From Schizochytrium sp. TIO01 (Eukaryota > Protista > Bigyra: Labyrinthulomycetes): a stretch of 64,000 bases of DNA. Under the pieces are notes generated by a model, which had not been told where the DNA came from, made no database searches, and worked only from the letters and a program-made list of their open reading frames with translations. The stretch covers positions 4,166,040 through 4,230,039 of the forward strand of contig SMSO01000035.1 in the NCBI GenBank assembly GCA_004764695.1, read 5' to 3'. Positions 63,145 to 64,000 of this stretch are shown here, one piece after another (positions within the stretch are counted from its first letter, which is position 1; each line of letters opens with the position of its first letter). The translations under genes were made by a program, and so were the position numbers.

Positions 63145-64000
63145 TGTTTACCACCTGAGAGTGGATGCTTCGTTCACGAGAGCTTGACGGGAGGGTTGAT
63201 TCAAAGTTTGTTTCGATTATCGCAGTCTCGGCCCATGCTTCTACTGTAGTGAACATTTGGAACATTCGGATCATTTGGATTTGTCACTCGATCTTTAGTG
63301 CTTACAAGTGTTCCGCACATCTCATTTGCTAGTCTAGCTCACCACAAAAGATACTTTTTTGCTTATAAATTGCGAGACTGGGAGATAACAAACTATTTAG
63401 ACAGGATCTCCTACCCTTTCAATCAATATGTCAAGTTCTTTAAGAACAAATAATAAATTTCTTACTTGTTAGATGCACGGGATTACGTGATATAGCCCCC
63501 TGTACAAGCCATATTGCAACCGTATAAGTATATATGCATCTCGACATGTCGAAGATTTCATAAATAATACTTATATTATCAGCATATCACGAATTATTGC
63601 TTTGCATACTAGGGAAAGGGTCGTTTCCTGAAGACTTTAAAATTTCAGATTGTACAAAAACATCCTAAACGACCTTTCAACGACTGTATGTGCATTATAG
63701 CGCTCAATTTCGTTTGAATTTATTATAATTGTTGCAGTTTAATCCTTTGCTTTTTGTATTTAATAACGTTACAATCGAGTAACGTGGACAATAGTTCGGG
63801 TCCAGCCTGCAAATGACTAAATAAAGCTCTTTATAGAGTCGCGCTCTTCAGCGTATTGCACTACCAAATGATATATATACTTCGTATTGACTGTAAAAGA
63901 CCTTACGAGTCCTTTTTCAAATAATTTACTCAGTCTAAGTATCGGATTACCCCATTGTATTGTACGGATGTTTTGAACATGAAAATATACATCTGTCCAA

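Overview
This is eukaryotic nuclear DNA that is intron-poor and rich in microsatellites. The gene content and style suggest a flagellated stramenopile protist such as a thraustochytrid, but that is inference, not a database result. Thirteen protein-coding genes are supported: a divergent Aquarius (AQR)-like protein; a PH + Ca2+/calmodulin kinase + 3 EF-hand protein; a CitE-family CoA-ester lyase/thioesterase; methylthioribose-1-phosphate isomerase; HMG-CoA synthase; a RhoGAP-like + DH (RhoGEF) protein; a TPR-GT41 glycosyltransferase; a small EF-hand protein; a type I PIP5K; a TRIC-like channel; a two-exon Pro/Gln/Tyr-rich protein; dynein-2 heavy chain; and a two-exon TRAPPC5. I found no tRNA, rRNA, CRISPR array or intact transposase. 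Best leads: (1) the AQR homologue has lost its helicase catalytic motifs and is preceded by six short repeats that each read as a splice-donor-like motif plus AG; (2) the kinase has the architecture of plant CCaMK/DMI3 plus a PH domain; (3) HMG-CoA synthase ends in a presequence-like tail; (4) the GT41 enzyme has a signal peptide; (5) there is a multi-hairpin candidate ncRNA at about 23.8 kb; (6) there is a foldback/MITE-like element at about 38.6 kb. All family assignments are by motif recognition from memory and need HMM or BLAST confirmation.
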